The notes: generated by a model from the sequence alone, not told the origin. DNA of 56,254 nt from Candidatus Bathyarchaeota archaeon (GCA_963739305.1 CAVTZU010000026.1:1-56254), one strand, 5' to 3'. Counted from the stretch's first letter, positions 1-10,858 are shown. Program-made: numbers and translations.

Positions 1-474
1 TGGCGCAAAATATACACAGACGACTACTTTGCCCTCTTAAACAAGGCTGTCTCAGGAGAAATAACCGCAATTATCCAGTATACGAATCAGCATGAGAAAA
101 TGGCTTTCCTTGAACTCCGAACGAAAAACACACCACTAGAAACTATCACTGAAACCAACAAAGCCGCCGTAATAAGCAAAATACTAAAAGAAATCTTTGT
201 GGCAGAAATGGACCACCTAGAAAAAATCAGCGAACGCATTTACCTACTTGAAGGCGAAGCAACATACAAACCAGATCCACTACCAGTAGTCGGCGACACA
301 GCCCAGGACTTTTTAACATTGGATCACGCATTGGAAAGCACCACAATATCACTGTACCGCCAAATCATCGCTGAAGCACTCAAATGCGGCGACACAACAA
401 CAAGACGCATGTTCGAAGACATCATAATCCAAGAAGAAAACCACTTCTGGACATTCGACGACTTCGTAAGATAA
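1..474 (+). CDS. Ferritin/bacterioferritin-like di-iron protein (5' truncated by window edge)
   Basis: Frame is open from base 1 (WRKIYTDDYFALLNKAVSGEITAIIQYTNQH...). Ferroxidase motifs E-x2-AIIQY, EMDH and EENH are present. Confidence 0.85.
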   Translation, partial: WRKIYTDDYFALLNKAVSGEITAIIQYTNQHEKMAFLELRTKNTPLETITETNKAAVISKILKEIFVAEMDHLEKISERIYLLEGEATYKPDPLPVVGDTAQDFLTLDHALESTTISLYRQIIAEALKCGDTTTRRMFEDIIIQEENHFWTFDDFVR

Positions 475-713
475 AACAAAAATCCTCTTTTTATATCGAG
501 AATTTTAGGCGCGCGCTGAAAATCACACTCTTTCAAACAGAAGGTTCAAGAATCAAAGTGTAACTCCGTTTTCCATCAAGAACAGCTTTGACTTCTTCAA
601 GAACAGCGAAGTAGCGCGCGCGCTTAAACTTATCTTTATGATATTCCGCAGACATTGGCAGTAACATAATTTATATACGCAATGAGAAACATGAAAGTGC
701 AAGGTGCGACATT

Positions 714-1217
714 ATGGACAAAACGCCAGACAACCTAAAAAATGCTTTTGCAGGGGAGTCACAAGCAAACCGGCGATACTTGGCTTTCGCTAAGAAAGCC
801 GATGAAGAAGGGCACCCTCAAGTGGCCAAGCTGTTTAGGGCAGCAGCAGAAGCGGAAACCGTTCACGCAATGAATCACGTCAGAATCATCGGAGAAGTCA
901 AGACTTCAGCTGAAAACCTGAACACAGCGATAGCTGGCGAGACCTTCGAGTTCAAGGAGATGTACCCAGGATATATTAAGACGGCAAAAGGTGAGAAAAA
1001 CGCGCAAGCAACGTGGAGTTTCAATGTGGCAAATCAGGTTGAACAGATACACGCCAACCTTTTCACGAAAGCAAGCAGCGCTCTGAAAACTGGCAATGAG
1101 CCACCGAAGGCTGAATATTACGTTTGCAGTGTCTGCGGAAACACGGTTGAAAACGAAGCTCCAGAAAAGTGCCCAGTCTGCGGAAACCCAAAGACAAAGT
1201 TCTTTAAAGTAACTTGA
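714..1217 (+). CDS. rbr: Rubrerythrin
   Basis: AFAGESQANRRY, EAETVHA, EQIH di-iron motifs and a C-terminal rubredoxin domain CSVCG...CPVCG. Confidence 0.95.
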   Translation: MDKTPDNLKNAFAGESQANRRYLAFAKKADEEGHPQVAKLFRAAAEAETVHAMNHVRIIGEVKTSAENLNTAIAGETFEFKEMYPGYIKTAKGEKNAQATWSFNVANQVEQIHANLFTKASSALKTGNEPPKAEYYVCSVCGNTVENEAPEKCPVCGNPKTKFFKVT

Positions 1218-1285
1218 GACCCAACTTCCCATAGCATGAGCTCTTTTTGTCATCATAGTTCTATCGAGCAAACTAACCTTGAAGA

Positions 1286-1627
1286 GTGCGTGAAGCCATG
1301 AACATAAAAACCCCGAGAGAGTTCTTCGAAAAAGAGCTACCGAGAAAATTCGACCCAGCCAAAACGGCGGGTCTAGACGCTGTAATCCAGATGAACGTCA
1401 CGGGACCCGATGGAGGAGACTGGACAATAATCGTGAAGGAAAAGAAAATGGAGATCAAGGAAGGAAATCATCCTGCTCCAGCCATATCTGTTAAAATTGC
1501 AGACAACGATTTTGTGGATCTGATCAATGGCAAGCTTAACGCCATTTCAGCGTTCATGTCTGGAAAAATCGCCTTCAAAGGAAGTATGTCCTTAGGATTG
1601 AAACTCGTTGATATGGGAATAATCTGA
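1286..1627 (+). CDS. SCP2 sterol/lipid-binding domain protein
   Basis: IQMNVTGPDGGDWTI...LINGKLNAISAFMSGKIAFKG is the typical SCP2 signature. Confidence 0.85.
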   Translation: MREAMNIKTPREFFEKELPRKFDPAKTAGLDAVIQMNVTGPDGGDWTIIVKEKKMEIKEGNHPAPAISVKIADNDFVDLINGKLNAISAFMSGKIAFKGSMSLGLKLVDMGII

Positions 1628-1684
1628 TGCAAAAAGTAGCGACGCGACTCTTGATCAGGATTCAACACGGACTTTCCATCCAAG

Positions 1685-3761
1685 TCATTTCTCAAGCATC
1701 TCAACCACAGTTTGGACATCTGTGATCGGAAGACTGCAAACCTTGTTGCGACAAATGTACGCTGTCGCTTTGCCTTTCAGGCCTGCCAATCTTCCACCAA
1801 AGTCAACTGCGCCTCCGATCACTGAAGCATCTTGCATAGGAACAAACGCCACAGTGATCCTTGGCAAAAACCTGCCTCCGATGGCCTTGAGCATTTCCTG
1901 CGTCTGAGATTCAGCTGGATCGCCGACAATCGTTACCTCCGAAGAAGGCCCAATGAGAAAATCAAGTACAATCATCAGTTCCGCGAAGGCGGCAGGATCC
2001 CGTGAAGCAGAATCTGAGAATGAACGCATCAATTGTCCAGCTTTGCCTTCAAAAGACGGTTGCCCCGTGAGACGGCTAAGGCGAACCATGTTGAGAGCCG
2101 CAACCGAATTGCCTGAAGGGTAAGCACCATCATACGCTGTCTTTTCCCGGACCAAAGTAAATTCAGAGTCCTGGGCTGTGAAAAAGAACCCGCTCCGATC
2201 ATCGTCCCAGAACTTCTTAATAGCCGTTTCAGTCAGTTCGACGGCTCGTTTCAGATATTTCTCGTCGAAAGAGCTTTCATAAATCTCTGTCAGTCCCCAA
2301 GTAAGAAAAGCGTAGTCATCCAAGAAGCCAGCTATATCCGTTTTTCCATCTCTGTAGCGATGCTGAAGTTCATTCTCTGCGTCGCACATTTTTTCAAGCA
2401 CGAAATCAACTGCTTTCTTGGCAGATTCGACGTATTCAGGCTGGTCAAATGCCCGTGCGGCCTTAGCCAAGGCTGCAATCATCAATCCATTCCAGTCTGC
2501 TAAAATCTTGTCATCCTTGCCTGGATGAACGCGGCTTTCCCGGCCAGCAAATAGTTTATGGCGGATGATATCCACACGTTTCTGAATTTCGTCCTTCGAA
2601 GTGTGTAGATCGGAGGCGATTTCACTCAAAGATTTTTCCTGGTAGAGTACGTTTGCTTTCCTTTCTCTCGGCGTTGGTGGTTCCTTCGAAGTTGCCACTG
2701 GCTTTGACGTTGAAAATTTTCGCTGCAAGGTCTGCTTCTTCTTTCGTTAATAATCGTCTGATTTCTTGTTCGGTCCAGAGATAGAACTTTCCTTCTTCAC
2801 CTTCACTGTCGGCGTCTTCTGCCGTGTAGAAAGCACCTTGACCATCAGTCATGTTTCGCAAAACGTAACTGATAATCTCGCGTGCCGTTTCCTTGTACTC
2901 TGCGTTTCCCGTAATTTGATAGGCTTCTGTGTAAGCCATCGTTAGCATTGCTTGGTCGTAGAGCATTTTCTCGAAGTGTGGAACGCGCCATCTTGAATCC
3001 GTGGAGTAGCGGTGGAAACCAAAGCCAACGTGATCGTAAACTCCTCCGAGCCTCATTGCTTCGAGAGTTTTCTCGACCATGTCCAATGCTTTCTGGATAC
3101 GGGTTCGTTTCCAGTATCTTAAAAGGAAAGCCAGATAATGCGCTGAGGGAAATTTCGGGGCTCTTCCAAACCCACCGTTCTCATCATCAAATTGCTTTGA
3201 AAGCTGAGCATATGCCTCATGCAAAGTTGACTCTCCGAGTTCTTCAGCGTGCGAAGCTTGTCTTTGTTCCTTTTCAGGCCCTCTGAGCAGATCAACGATT
3301 CTTTCAGCAGAGTCCACTAACTCGTTTCTGCGTGAAATCCAAAGAACCTTGATTCTTGGAACAAGCTCTTTCAGGCCAACCTGCCCGAACCCACTCTCTC
3401 TCGGAATATAGGTCGCAGCGAAGAAGGGTCTCTTGTCGGGCGTCATTATGATGTGGAGAGGCCAGCCGCCCGTCCCCGTCATAGCCTGGCAAACTTTCAT
3501 GTAAACAGCGTCTAAGTCCGGTCTTTCTTCACGATCAACTTTGATGCACACGAATGTTTCGTTCAGGACGCGTGCGACGGTTTCGTCTTCAAAGGATTCT
3601 TTTTCCATCACGTGACACCAGTGGCAAGTGGAGTAGCCGATGGAAAGGAAAATTGGCTTGTCTTCTTCCTTGGCTTTTTTGAAGGCTTCAGGACTCCAAG
3701 GATACCAATCTACAGGGTTATGGGCATGCTGCAATAGGTAGGGGCTTTTTTCGGAAATCAA
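1685..3761 (-). CDS. Thioredoxin-domain/six-hairpin protein (YyaL/SSP411, DUF255), one +1 frameshift near 2660
   Basis: [34 protein letters not shown] in 2622..3761. The C-terminal half ([24 protein letters not shown]) is in 1685..2728. Confidence 0.9.
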
Positions 3762-3918
3762 TCTGTTGGCTTTCGTGCCTAACCGCCTCAGTAGTTATCG
3801 ATTGTTCGACTGTGAATATTAGAAGAACAGGAAAATAAAGCTGATTTCAACGAGATAGAAATGCTCAAATACCGCTCGAAAACTAAACCTCACCGTAAAA
3901 CGTTGAGAGGCAACAAGA

Positions 3919-4827
3919 GTGTTCATGTTCAAGACTGAACAAAAGATCTTTGACATCGCTGGGTTGAAGATAGGCGGTCAGCCGGGACAGCTGCCGACAG
4001 TTACTGTTGGCAGCATATTTTATCACAAAGATAAGATCGTCATCGACCCGAAAACGGGGAGTTTTGACAGGCAAAAAGCAGAAGAGATCCTGAAAGTCGA
4101 AGAGGAAATGTCTCTTAAGACTGGAAACCCAAGGCTGGTTGACGTCTGCGCCTCGTGGCCTGAGGCTTTCCCAAAGCTGATCGAGTTCGTTGCGAGCACG
4201 ATAAAGGGTCCATTCACCATCGATGGAACAACCGCCGAAGTGAGAGTGGCCGGGGCAAAGTATGCTCACGAAGCGGGATTATCAGACAGAGTTGTCTACA
4301 ATTCGATAACACCCGACATTCGAGAGGACGAAGTCGCCGCGATCAGAGACGCAAAAGTGAAAGCGGCGCTGCTTCTGGCCCTAAACACCACAAACCCAAC
4401 GATCTCCGGCAGACTAGCAGTCATTGAGAAGCTGTTGGAGAAAGCGAAAGCAGCCGGAGTCGAAAAAACACTTGTCGACACCACCGTACTCGACATTCCA
4501 GATCCAGGCCCAGCCGGAAAAACGGCTTACCTAGTCAAGGAAAAATACGGGCTCCCCTGCGGTTGCGGAGCACACAACGCCGTTGACATGTGGCACAAAC
4601 GCAAGAAACTTGATCCCGATGCACACCTTTCAGCCAGCGTCGTCGCAAACGTTTTACCGATCATTATGGGATCAAACTTCATGTTGTACGGCCCAATCGA
4701 GAGCGCACCGCGCATGTACATTCCAATCGCACTTGCCGACGCGTACGTAGCTTACACAATGATGCAGGAATACAACTGCAGACCACTGATCAACACCCAT
4801 CCGATATTCAGAATATTCAGATCGTAG
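3919..4827 (+). CDS. mtrH: Tetrahydromethanopterin S-methyltransferase subunit H family protein (stand-alone)
   Basis: EQKIFDIAGLKIGGQPGQLPTV, VYNSI, GLPCGCGAHN and LYGPIE motifs of MtrH. Confidence 0.9.
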   Translation: MFMFKTEQKIFDIAGLKIGGQPGQLPTVTVGSIFYHKDKIVIDPKTGSFDRQKAEEILKVEEEMSLKTGNPRLVDVCASWPEAFPKLIEFVASTIKGPFTIDGTTAEVRVAGAKYAHEAGLSDRVVYNSITPDIREDEVAAIRDAKVKAALLLALNTTNPTISGRLAVIEKLLEKAKAAGVEKTLVDTTVLDIPDPGPAGKTAYLVKEKYGLPCGCGAHNAVDMWHKRKKLDPDAHLSASVVANVLPIIMGSNFMLYGPIESAPRMYIPIALADAYVAYTMMQEYNCRPLINTHPIFRIFRS

Positions 4828-4987
4828 CGCGAGATATTGCATCTCTTTCTCCAGGTTTTTCTTGCTGAGTAGCAAGCGCGGCAGGCTTGCCGGCATCAAA
4901 ACCGAAATGAAGCATTCGGACAAGTTTCTTCCCAGATTTATATAGCTGACGCTAGTGGTGTAAAGCATCACTCTGAGGACGAGGGAA

Positions 4988-6160
4988 TTGCCGTTGAAGG
5001 CATCTGAGAAGATTGGATCGATAAAGCCGTCAGCCATCCGAAAAATGCTGGAGCTATCAGCTAAGATGGAAAACGTTATTCATCTCGAGCAAGGCGAGCC
5101 GAACTTTACGACACCAGAGCACATTTTAGCAGCGGCCCGCGAAGCCATGAAAGAAGGCTTCACCCATTATACAGACGTCAGCGGAACTTTGGAGCTTCGT
5201 CAAGCAATTGCTGACAAACTTGACAGGGAAAACAGCATTCATGTCGACCCACAAACCGAAGTGACAGTGACATCTGGCTCCCAAGAAGCCATGTTTGACG
5301 CCGCGCTTGGCTTCCTCAACCATGGTGACGAAGCGTTAGTTATTGACCCTCACTACCCGGCATACTTTGAAGACACCCTGTTGGCCGAGGCGGTTCCTGT
5401 CGCGATTCCTCTGAAAGCTGACAACGACTACAAAATTGACGAAGAAATGCTGGAAAAAAAGATAACTCCCAGAACCAAGATGATCTGGATGTGCAACCCC
5501 TCCAACCCGACTGGACACGTGTTCTCAAAGCAAGACTTGAAAACGGTGGCTGAAAGCGCGATAAAACACGATCTGGTAGTGTTTGCAGACGAGATTTACG
5601 AAAAACTGGTCTATGATGATGCTAAAACCGTCAGTATAGCCTCGTTGCCTGGAATGGAGAACAGAACCATAACGGTGAACGGCTTTTCAAAAGCATACGC
5701 CATGACAGGGTGGAGGATAGGCTACGTCGCTGCTGAAAAAGGACTTTCGGCAACGATTCGAATCCTCCACTATTACACAACGCTCTGCCCAAACGCGATA
5801 TCCCAAAAAGCAGCACTCGCCGCATTAACCGGCCCTAGAGAATGCGTCGACAAGATGGTTGCAGAATACAAGAAACGAAGGAAACTGATGATGGATGAGC
5901 TCGACAAATTGGACGGCGTTTCGTACGCCCGGCCTAAGGGAGCGTTCTATGTTTTTCCGGATTTCTCCAAGCTTGAAAAATCGGATGAAAAGCTCGCTGC
6001 TGAGATACTTACCAAAGCTAAGGTGGTTACAGTTCCGGGTTCAGGTTTTGGTAAAGCTGGGGAAGGATGCCTGAGAATATCCTATTCAGCAGACCTTGAC
6101 CAGATCAAGGAAGGTTTGAAGCGAATAAAATCTTACCTGGATTCCAGAATGGGAAATTGA
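4988..6160 (+). CDS. PLP-dependent aminotransferase class I/II (aspartate aminotransferase-like)
   Basis: GEPNF, NPSNPTG, DEIY, SKAYAMTGWRIG. Confidence 0.92.
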   Translation: MPLKASEKIGSIKPSAIRKMLELSAKMENVIHLEQGEPNFTTPEHILAAAREAMKEGFTHYTDVSGTLELRQAIADKLDRENSIHVDPQTEVTVTSGSQEAMFDAALGFLNHGDEALVIDPHYPAYFEDTLLAEAVPVAIPLKADNDYKIDEEMLEKKITPRTKMIWMCNPSNPTGHVFSKQDLKTVAESAIKHDLVVFADEIYEKLVYDDAKTVSIASLPGMENRTITVNGFSKAYAMTGWRIGYVAAEKGLSATIRILHYYTTLCPNAISQKAALAALTGPRECVDKMVAEYKKRRKLMMDELDKLDGVSYARPKGAFYVFPDFSKLEKSDEKLAAEILTKAKVVTVPGSGFGKAGEGCLRISYSADLDQIKEGLKRIKSYLDSRMGN

Positions 6161-6167
6161 TAACGCC

Positions 6168-6761
6168 TTAAGATTTTCTTTGATCGAAGTGTTTCTTGAA
6201 AACCTCAAGAATCTGTTCAGGATTCTCAATTACTGACAGACCGTCCATGCTAGCCAGTCTTTGACTGTTTTCTGCGTCTTCCCTCCTCACTTTCACTTTG
6301 AGGCTTCTCCCGTCTGGCAGTCGAGTTTCCATAGTTCCTTCTCTGTAGTCGCTTGGCAGCACGTAAACGGGGGTGAAGCCTTTCAACGCCATGATGGCCG
6401 AATTGCTGAGAAGAGAATCCGCTATCCCTGATGCAATCTTGGCCACAGTGTTGGATGTTGCTGGGGCAATCAGTAGAAACTTGAATTTGCCGAGCTGGAG
6501 GTCTCCGGCGAGAAACGGTGAGTTAGGCCCAGCTTCAACGTAGACCTTGCCAAAGTTTTGCTCCAATCCATCGAAAAGCTTGTACCATTTTGTAACCTGT
6601 TCTCCCGCCTTTGAAAGATATACTCGTACGTCTACGCAGTCTTGGTAACTGTTCTTCGCTCTCTTCATGGCGTCGACGATTTCTTCCAGTCTATCTCCGC
6701 TTCCCGTAACCCCCCAGGCAATCTTGGGTTTCCTCTGAATATCTCCAACATTTCCTCTCAT
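6168..6761 (-). CDS. afpA: Archaeoflavoprotein AfpA (HFCD flavoprotein family)
   Basis: IAWGVTGSGD, NSPFLAG, APATSNTVAKIASGIADSL. Confidence 0.85.
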   Translation of the reverse strand: MRGNVGDIQRKPKIAWGVTGSGDRLEEIVDAMKRAKNSYQDCVDVRVYLSKAGEQVTKWYKLFDGLEQNFGKVYVEAGPNSPFLAGDLQLGKFKFLLIAPATSNTVAKIASGIADSLLSNSAIMALKGFTPVYVLPSDYREGTMETRLPDGRSLKVKVRREDAENSQRLASMDGLSVIENPEQILEVFKKHFDQRKS

Positions 6762-6772
6762 ACTGAGACGCC

Positions 6773-7369
6773 TTAGGCTTGTTTTGCGGTTCCGATTCTG
6801 TCGATGGTTTCAACGAATCTCTTCAAGGTTTTGTTCAGGCTTCTCAACCCTTCCTCATCTTTCTTTACGTCTCTCAAGGTGTCTTTTGACCAGAAAGTCG
6901 CACCCAAATTTGCTCCAAAGGCCCCGCCGCCCACAGGAATCACGCCGTTCAAAACGTAGAAGGTCAAGACCTGTTGAATCGCGAGCTCTTGTCCTCCGAT
7001 TCTGTCTCCGCCGACAGCGATAGCCATGCCGATCTTGTTATGCAATACGTTCTTGTTTGCTGCAAAAAGTGCCCTGCACCTGTCCATCACTGCCTTCGTC
7101 TGTGCACTGACCCCGCCGTTGTACACCGGGGTTGCAAAAATCAGTCCTTCAGCAGATCTTAGCATCGGGTAGAGTATTTGCATATCGTCCTTCAACTTGC
7201 ACTCTTTGTTTCTCAAACAGTAATCGCAATGCTGGCAGAAGCCGATGTTTTTGCCCCTCACAGTGAAGAGTTGAGTTTTGAGCCCAGTTTCTTGGAGAAT
7301 GCGCAGTGCGGTTGTCAACACGTACTCTGTTGCTTGTTTTCTTGGGCTTCCACAAATACCAAGAATCAT
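6773..7369 (-). CDS. Iron-sulfur flavoprotein / NADPH-dependent FMN reductase family
   Basis: ICGSPRK, CQHCDYC-x5-C, TPVY, GGDRIGGQE. Confidence 0.88.
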   Translation of the reverse strand: MILGICGSPRKQATEYVLTTALRILQETGLKTQLFTVRGKNIGFCQHCDYCLRNKECKLKDDMQILYPMLRSAEGLIFATPVYNGGVSAQTKAVMDRCRALFAANKNVLHNKIGMAIAVGGDRIGGQELAIQQVLTFYVLNGVIPVGGGAFGANLGATFWSKDTLRDVKKDEEGLRSLNKTLKRFVETIDRIGTAKQA

Positions 7370-7445
7370 ATTGGTCTAGAGAGCGTTATGTTTGTGACAT
7401 TGAATAAAGATTTCTGAAATCGGCTGAACGTCCGCGGCCTGTTGG

Positions 7446-7895
7446 CTACTCGATCTCTCTCGTCCTTGGAAATGTCGCCTTGATTTTTGCTAGGAACTTG
7501 TTTTCAAAATCCAGTGCTTCCATCGTGTCCGTTATTTCTTCAACGCCTTCTTCATCGTATTTGGCAGGCTTCCCCGTAAGCTCGTCTAGCGCCAGCCCGC
7601 AAGAATATACCACCACGCCCTCCGGTGAAGGTGAGATGACAACGTGCACACCTGATCGCTGAGCCGCTTTTATGAAATTCTGCAGACTGAACGGGTAGAG
7701 TAATGTTCTAAGGGTCAAAGGGACTAAGGCTCCTTCAGCGGCTAACACGGTGTCGCTCCCCTCCGGTGTTTTTTCGGTTTGCATGATCTTCAACCCCATC
7801 TCTTTGAACGCTTTTTGGCAGGCCGAGGCAACATCCTCTACCTTGGCCTCTGGAATCAACAGTTTCCTTTCCAGACACACAGCTTCATGCGCCAT
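7446..7895 (-). CDS. Hypothetical protein
   Basis: 149-aa ORF with ATG start and normal composition. No recognisable motif. Confidence 0.6.
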   Translation of the reverse strand: MAHEAVCLERKLLIPEAKVEDVASACQKAFKEMGLKIMQTEKTPEGSDTVLAAEGALVPLTLRTLLYPFSLQNFIKAAQRSGVHVVISPSPEGVVVYSCGLALDELTGKPAKYDEEGVEEITDTMEALDFENKFLAKIKATFPRTREIE

Positions 7896-8067
7896 TGTTC
7901 AGAACACCAATGGCAATGACTTCCACCCTTCTTATTACGTTTTCTCACCAAGCTCTGTTTCAGAAACCGATACCCAACCGTTTAGCCTCAACCATCCTTA
8001 TGCCGTCAAGCCAAGCGTTATTTATAAAAGGCGAACACTCATTACTGTCATAGAAGCTTGGAATAAC

Positions 8068-8406
8068 ATGGTCGAAGAACCTGAGAAAAAGGAGCCGCTT
8101 CCTCCACCCGAAAAACTAACGCTGGACGATCCGTCAAACTTCCAGTTCCACGCAGCTTACCTGACTTATTCTGAACTCTTCGACAAGACAACTAGTCCCG
8201 AGACCAAGAGGCAACTAAACGAGAGCATCACGGCTTTGAAGAACAGCGGGGGAGACTACCTGACCTTCTACGACAGCATAAATCGTTTCAGAGGAGAAGA
8301 CGTTGCTCAACACGGCTTCGGTAGGGCTTTCATCAAAACCCAAAAAAAGCGGGAATGGCGAAGAAAGACGCAGAAACATGAAAGGATCGCGCGTCACAAG
8401 AAATGA
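8068..8406 (+). CDS. Hypothetical protein with basic C-terminus
   Basis: ATG at 8068 lies downstream of a TTTATAAA box. Ends RAFIKTQKKREWRRKTQKHERIARHKK. Confidence 0.6.
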   Translation: MVEEPEKKEPLPPPEKLTLDDPSNFQFHAAYLTYSELFDKTTSPETKRQLNESITALKNSGGDYLTFYDSINRFRGEDVAQHGFGRAFIKTQKKREWRRKTQKHERIARHKK

Positions 8407-8510
8407 TTGAACAGGTCTGACATATTTCGGACCTTGAAATATCCTACTTATGCCAAAGTCCACTTTTATTGTTCTCAAGAAGTACCCCTTGACCCGGACA
8501 GTGGATAACC

Positions 8511-8735
8511 TTGGGAACACCAATAACTCGCCCATTGAAGTTTGTCTTTGAATTCCCCCCGATTCACGGGGTTTTCGACGCCGGTTATGGAATAGTCTAC
8601 ATTTTCGGTGGGCTTCACGAAAGCGAGATTGAAAACATCATAGTTCACGAGACGGTCCATTATGTTCTTCTCAGAGTGGCCGGGAAGAGGGCAAGTCTGA
8701 AACTGGACAACGTCTACACTGTGATCGACACCTAA
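8511..8735 (+). CDS. Small HExxH-motif protein (possibly the 3' part of a disrupted gene starting near 8407)
   Basis: IIVHETVHYV zincin-like motif. Confidence 0.45.
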   Translation: MGTPITRPLKFVFEFPPIHGVFDAGYGIVYIFGGLHESEIENIIVHETVHYVLLRVAGKRASLKLDNVYTVIDT

Positions 8736-8868
8736 ACTAGTCGCAAAGAACCCCCTCAGAACGATGTTTCCTTGAAATTGACCGAAAACTGATTGCCCTC
8801 AAGCAAACAGAAGGACGGAATCTATCCACTCAAGCCCAAGACAAACGCAAGCCTACCACTCGCGAGCA

Positions 8869-9435
8869 TCACGCTTTGCCAGAAATCTTGTTCGTGTCTA
8901 GACCCTCTAAGCCCTTCTGCAGTTGAGTTGCCATCCTCGAAAAAGTCATCTGTTGATAATGAGCGTCCCCATCCAGGTTCATCAAGAAGCTCGTGACGCC
9001 TTCGGTGTGCACGAATGGCTTCAACTTGTTAGTCATTTCGGTTCTAGTTGACTGTATGTAGCTGGCATATTCTGAAAAGTTTTTGAAGAACGAGACAATC
9101 ACCATGTCTTGGTTCAATCCTATTCCGTCCATGACCATAAAGAAGCTCGGCATCCCGTTTTGACCAAGTTGCAGCGCTCCCTTGAACATTTCCTCGCGTT
9201 CCTTCGATGTGAGAGGGTGACTTAGTTTCAGAAAAATCATCGCCATTATGTGAAACCCTAGTTTCTTGAAGTCAGGAATCAGTGTGTATTCCTTTATGAA
9301 ACCCTCTCTTTCAAGCCTAACTCTGGCTCTGGTCACTGTTGGTTGCGATACCCCTAAGGTTCTTGCAAGCTCTCTGTCGCTCCTACGACTGTTCTTCATA
9401 AGCTCAGATACAAGTTTCAAATCCGTGCTTTTCAT
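8869..9435 (-). CDS. Lrp/AsnC-family transcriptional regulator
   Basis: N-terminal HTH LMKNSRRSDRELARTLGVSQPTVTRARVRLE...IPDFKKLG. Probable start is the ATG at 9435. Confidence 0.88.
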   Translation of the reverse strand: MKSTDLKLVSELMKNSRRSDRELARTLGVSQPTVTRARVRLEREGFIKEYTLIPDFKKLGFHIMAMIFLKLSHPLTSKEREEMFKGALQLGQNGMPSFFMVMDGIGLNQDMVIVSFFKNFSEYASYIQSTRTEMTNKLKPFVHTEGVTSFLMNLDGDAHYQQMTFSRMATQLQKGLEGLDTNKISGKA

Positions 9436-9592
9436 TTTCAACATGCAGCCTGTTGAATGATAGGAAATGCAGTACGTAATTATAAAGTTTGGTCTGACGT
9501 CTTGGGTCTTTATGTCCTCAACAAAGTTTTCAAGTGCATTGATACAAAGAGCAATAGCATCGTGGGAATCAGAAGACAAATGCTCATCTGCA

Positions 9593-9920
9593 CTACCAGC
9601 CGTGTTTGATCGTTGAGGGCGCAGTGGTTCGCTTCTTCTTTCCATCATCCTTCTTTTGTTTGAACTTGTGGATCTTGACAGCCCCGCTCTCAAGCGCAGC
9701 CCAGTATGTGTTGTTCAAATGTTGATGATATATGAACTTTTGAACCCGTTCTCTCCACCACTTCTGGCGAGGACACCGAATCAATCGACAGGCTATGGCT
9801 CTCCGAAGTGACCTTCAGGTTGGGGGTCTGCCTTAGAAACTCGGACAGTAGATCCTTTTGATTCTCTAGTTCACCTAAGTCAATTTTCAATCTTTTCCCG
9901 GAAGAGAACAGTTCACTCAC
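9593..9920 (-). CDS. Putative ribosomal protein eL22-like protein, +1 frameshift near 9746
   Basis: Joining the two ORFs by removing one G gives LKIDLGELE..LLSEFLRQ...VVERTVQKFIYHQHLNNTYW...VKIHKFK, which resembles the eL22 pattern. Confidence 0.45.
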
Positions 9921-10055
9921 CTGCTATGATGAGGATAGGCACATCTACTAGAAAACAATATCCCTTTTTAAGACCCGAACAGGTTCACGATAACTTCGGC
10001 CGCGGCGAGGGCAAGCTTAAAAGAACTCGCATATTTAGTAGAAGCGGTATGAATC

Positions 10056-10763
10056 ATGACCCATGCGCTATATCTCGAAGACAGTTATCAGAGAGAATGC
10101 GACGCCGTTGTGGTCTCAGTCAAGGATGGAAAATACGTCGTTCTAGACCAGACCGTGTTCTATCCAAAGGGCGGTGGCCAACCTTGCGATATCGGGAAGA
10201 TCACGAGAGGCAATGAAATCTTCCAAGTCGTTTTCGTTGGGAAGTTCTCTGGAGAAATATCTCACGAAGTAGATCATGCTGGCCTGAAGGAAGGTGAAAA
10301 CGTTCACTGTTCACTTGACTGGGAGCGAAGGTATCAACTCATGCGGAGTCACACAGCGGCCCATGTATTTGCTTCGCTCTTGTGCACAGGAACAGGGGCG
10401 CTTGTTACTGGTAATCAACTTGAAAAAGACAAGATTCGCTTCGACTTCAGCATTGAAAAGTTTGACCCTGAAATCCTGAGGTCATACGTGGATAGAGCCA
10501 ACGAGCTTTTTTGTAAAGATATTCAAGTCAAGTCGTATGAGTTGCCGCGAGATGAAGCCTTGAAGATACCGAGAGTCGTCAAGATGGCAGAGGCTTTTCC
10601 GCCAAACATTCCATTATTGCGCATAGTGGAGATCGTCGGTATCGACAAACAAGCCGACGGAGGAACTCACGTTAGAAACCTGAAAGAGGTCGGACAAATT
10701 CGAGTAATTAAGACCGAGAACAAGGGAAAACTGAACAGACGAGTGTACTTCCAACTGGTCTGA
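10056..10763 (+). CDS. alaX: Alanyl-tRNA editing protein AlaX (AlaXM)
   Basis: LDQTVFYPKGGGQPCD, MRSHTAAH, ADGGTHV. Confidence 0.92.
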   Translation: MTHALYLEDSYQRECDAVVVSVKDGKYVVLDQTVFYPKGGGQPCDIGKITRGNEIFQVVFVGKFSGEISHEVDHAGLKEGENVHCSLDWERRYQLMRSHTAAHVFASLLCTGTGALVTGNQLEKDKIRFDFSIEKFDPEILRSYVDRANELFCKDIQVKSYELPRDEALKIPRVVKMAEAFPPNIPLLRIVEIVGIDKQADGGTHVRNLKEVGQIRVIKTENKGKLNRRVYFQLV

Positions 10764-10858
10764 GCGTCATGGCTGGTTACAGCTTCGGGAATATGGCATT
10801 CTAAGATGGGTCCTGCCTTCCTGTTTGGAAGAGACTACTTCAGAAAAGAGAGATATTT

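Noticed and set aside
7750-9693. Long N-terminal extensions of ORFs 7750..8406 and 8869..9693
   Set aside because: They overlap neighbouring genes; better starts exist at 8068 and 9435.
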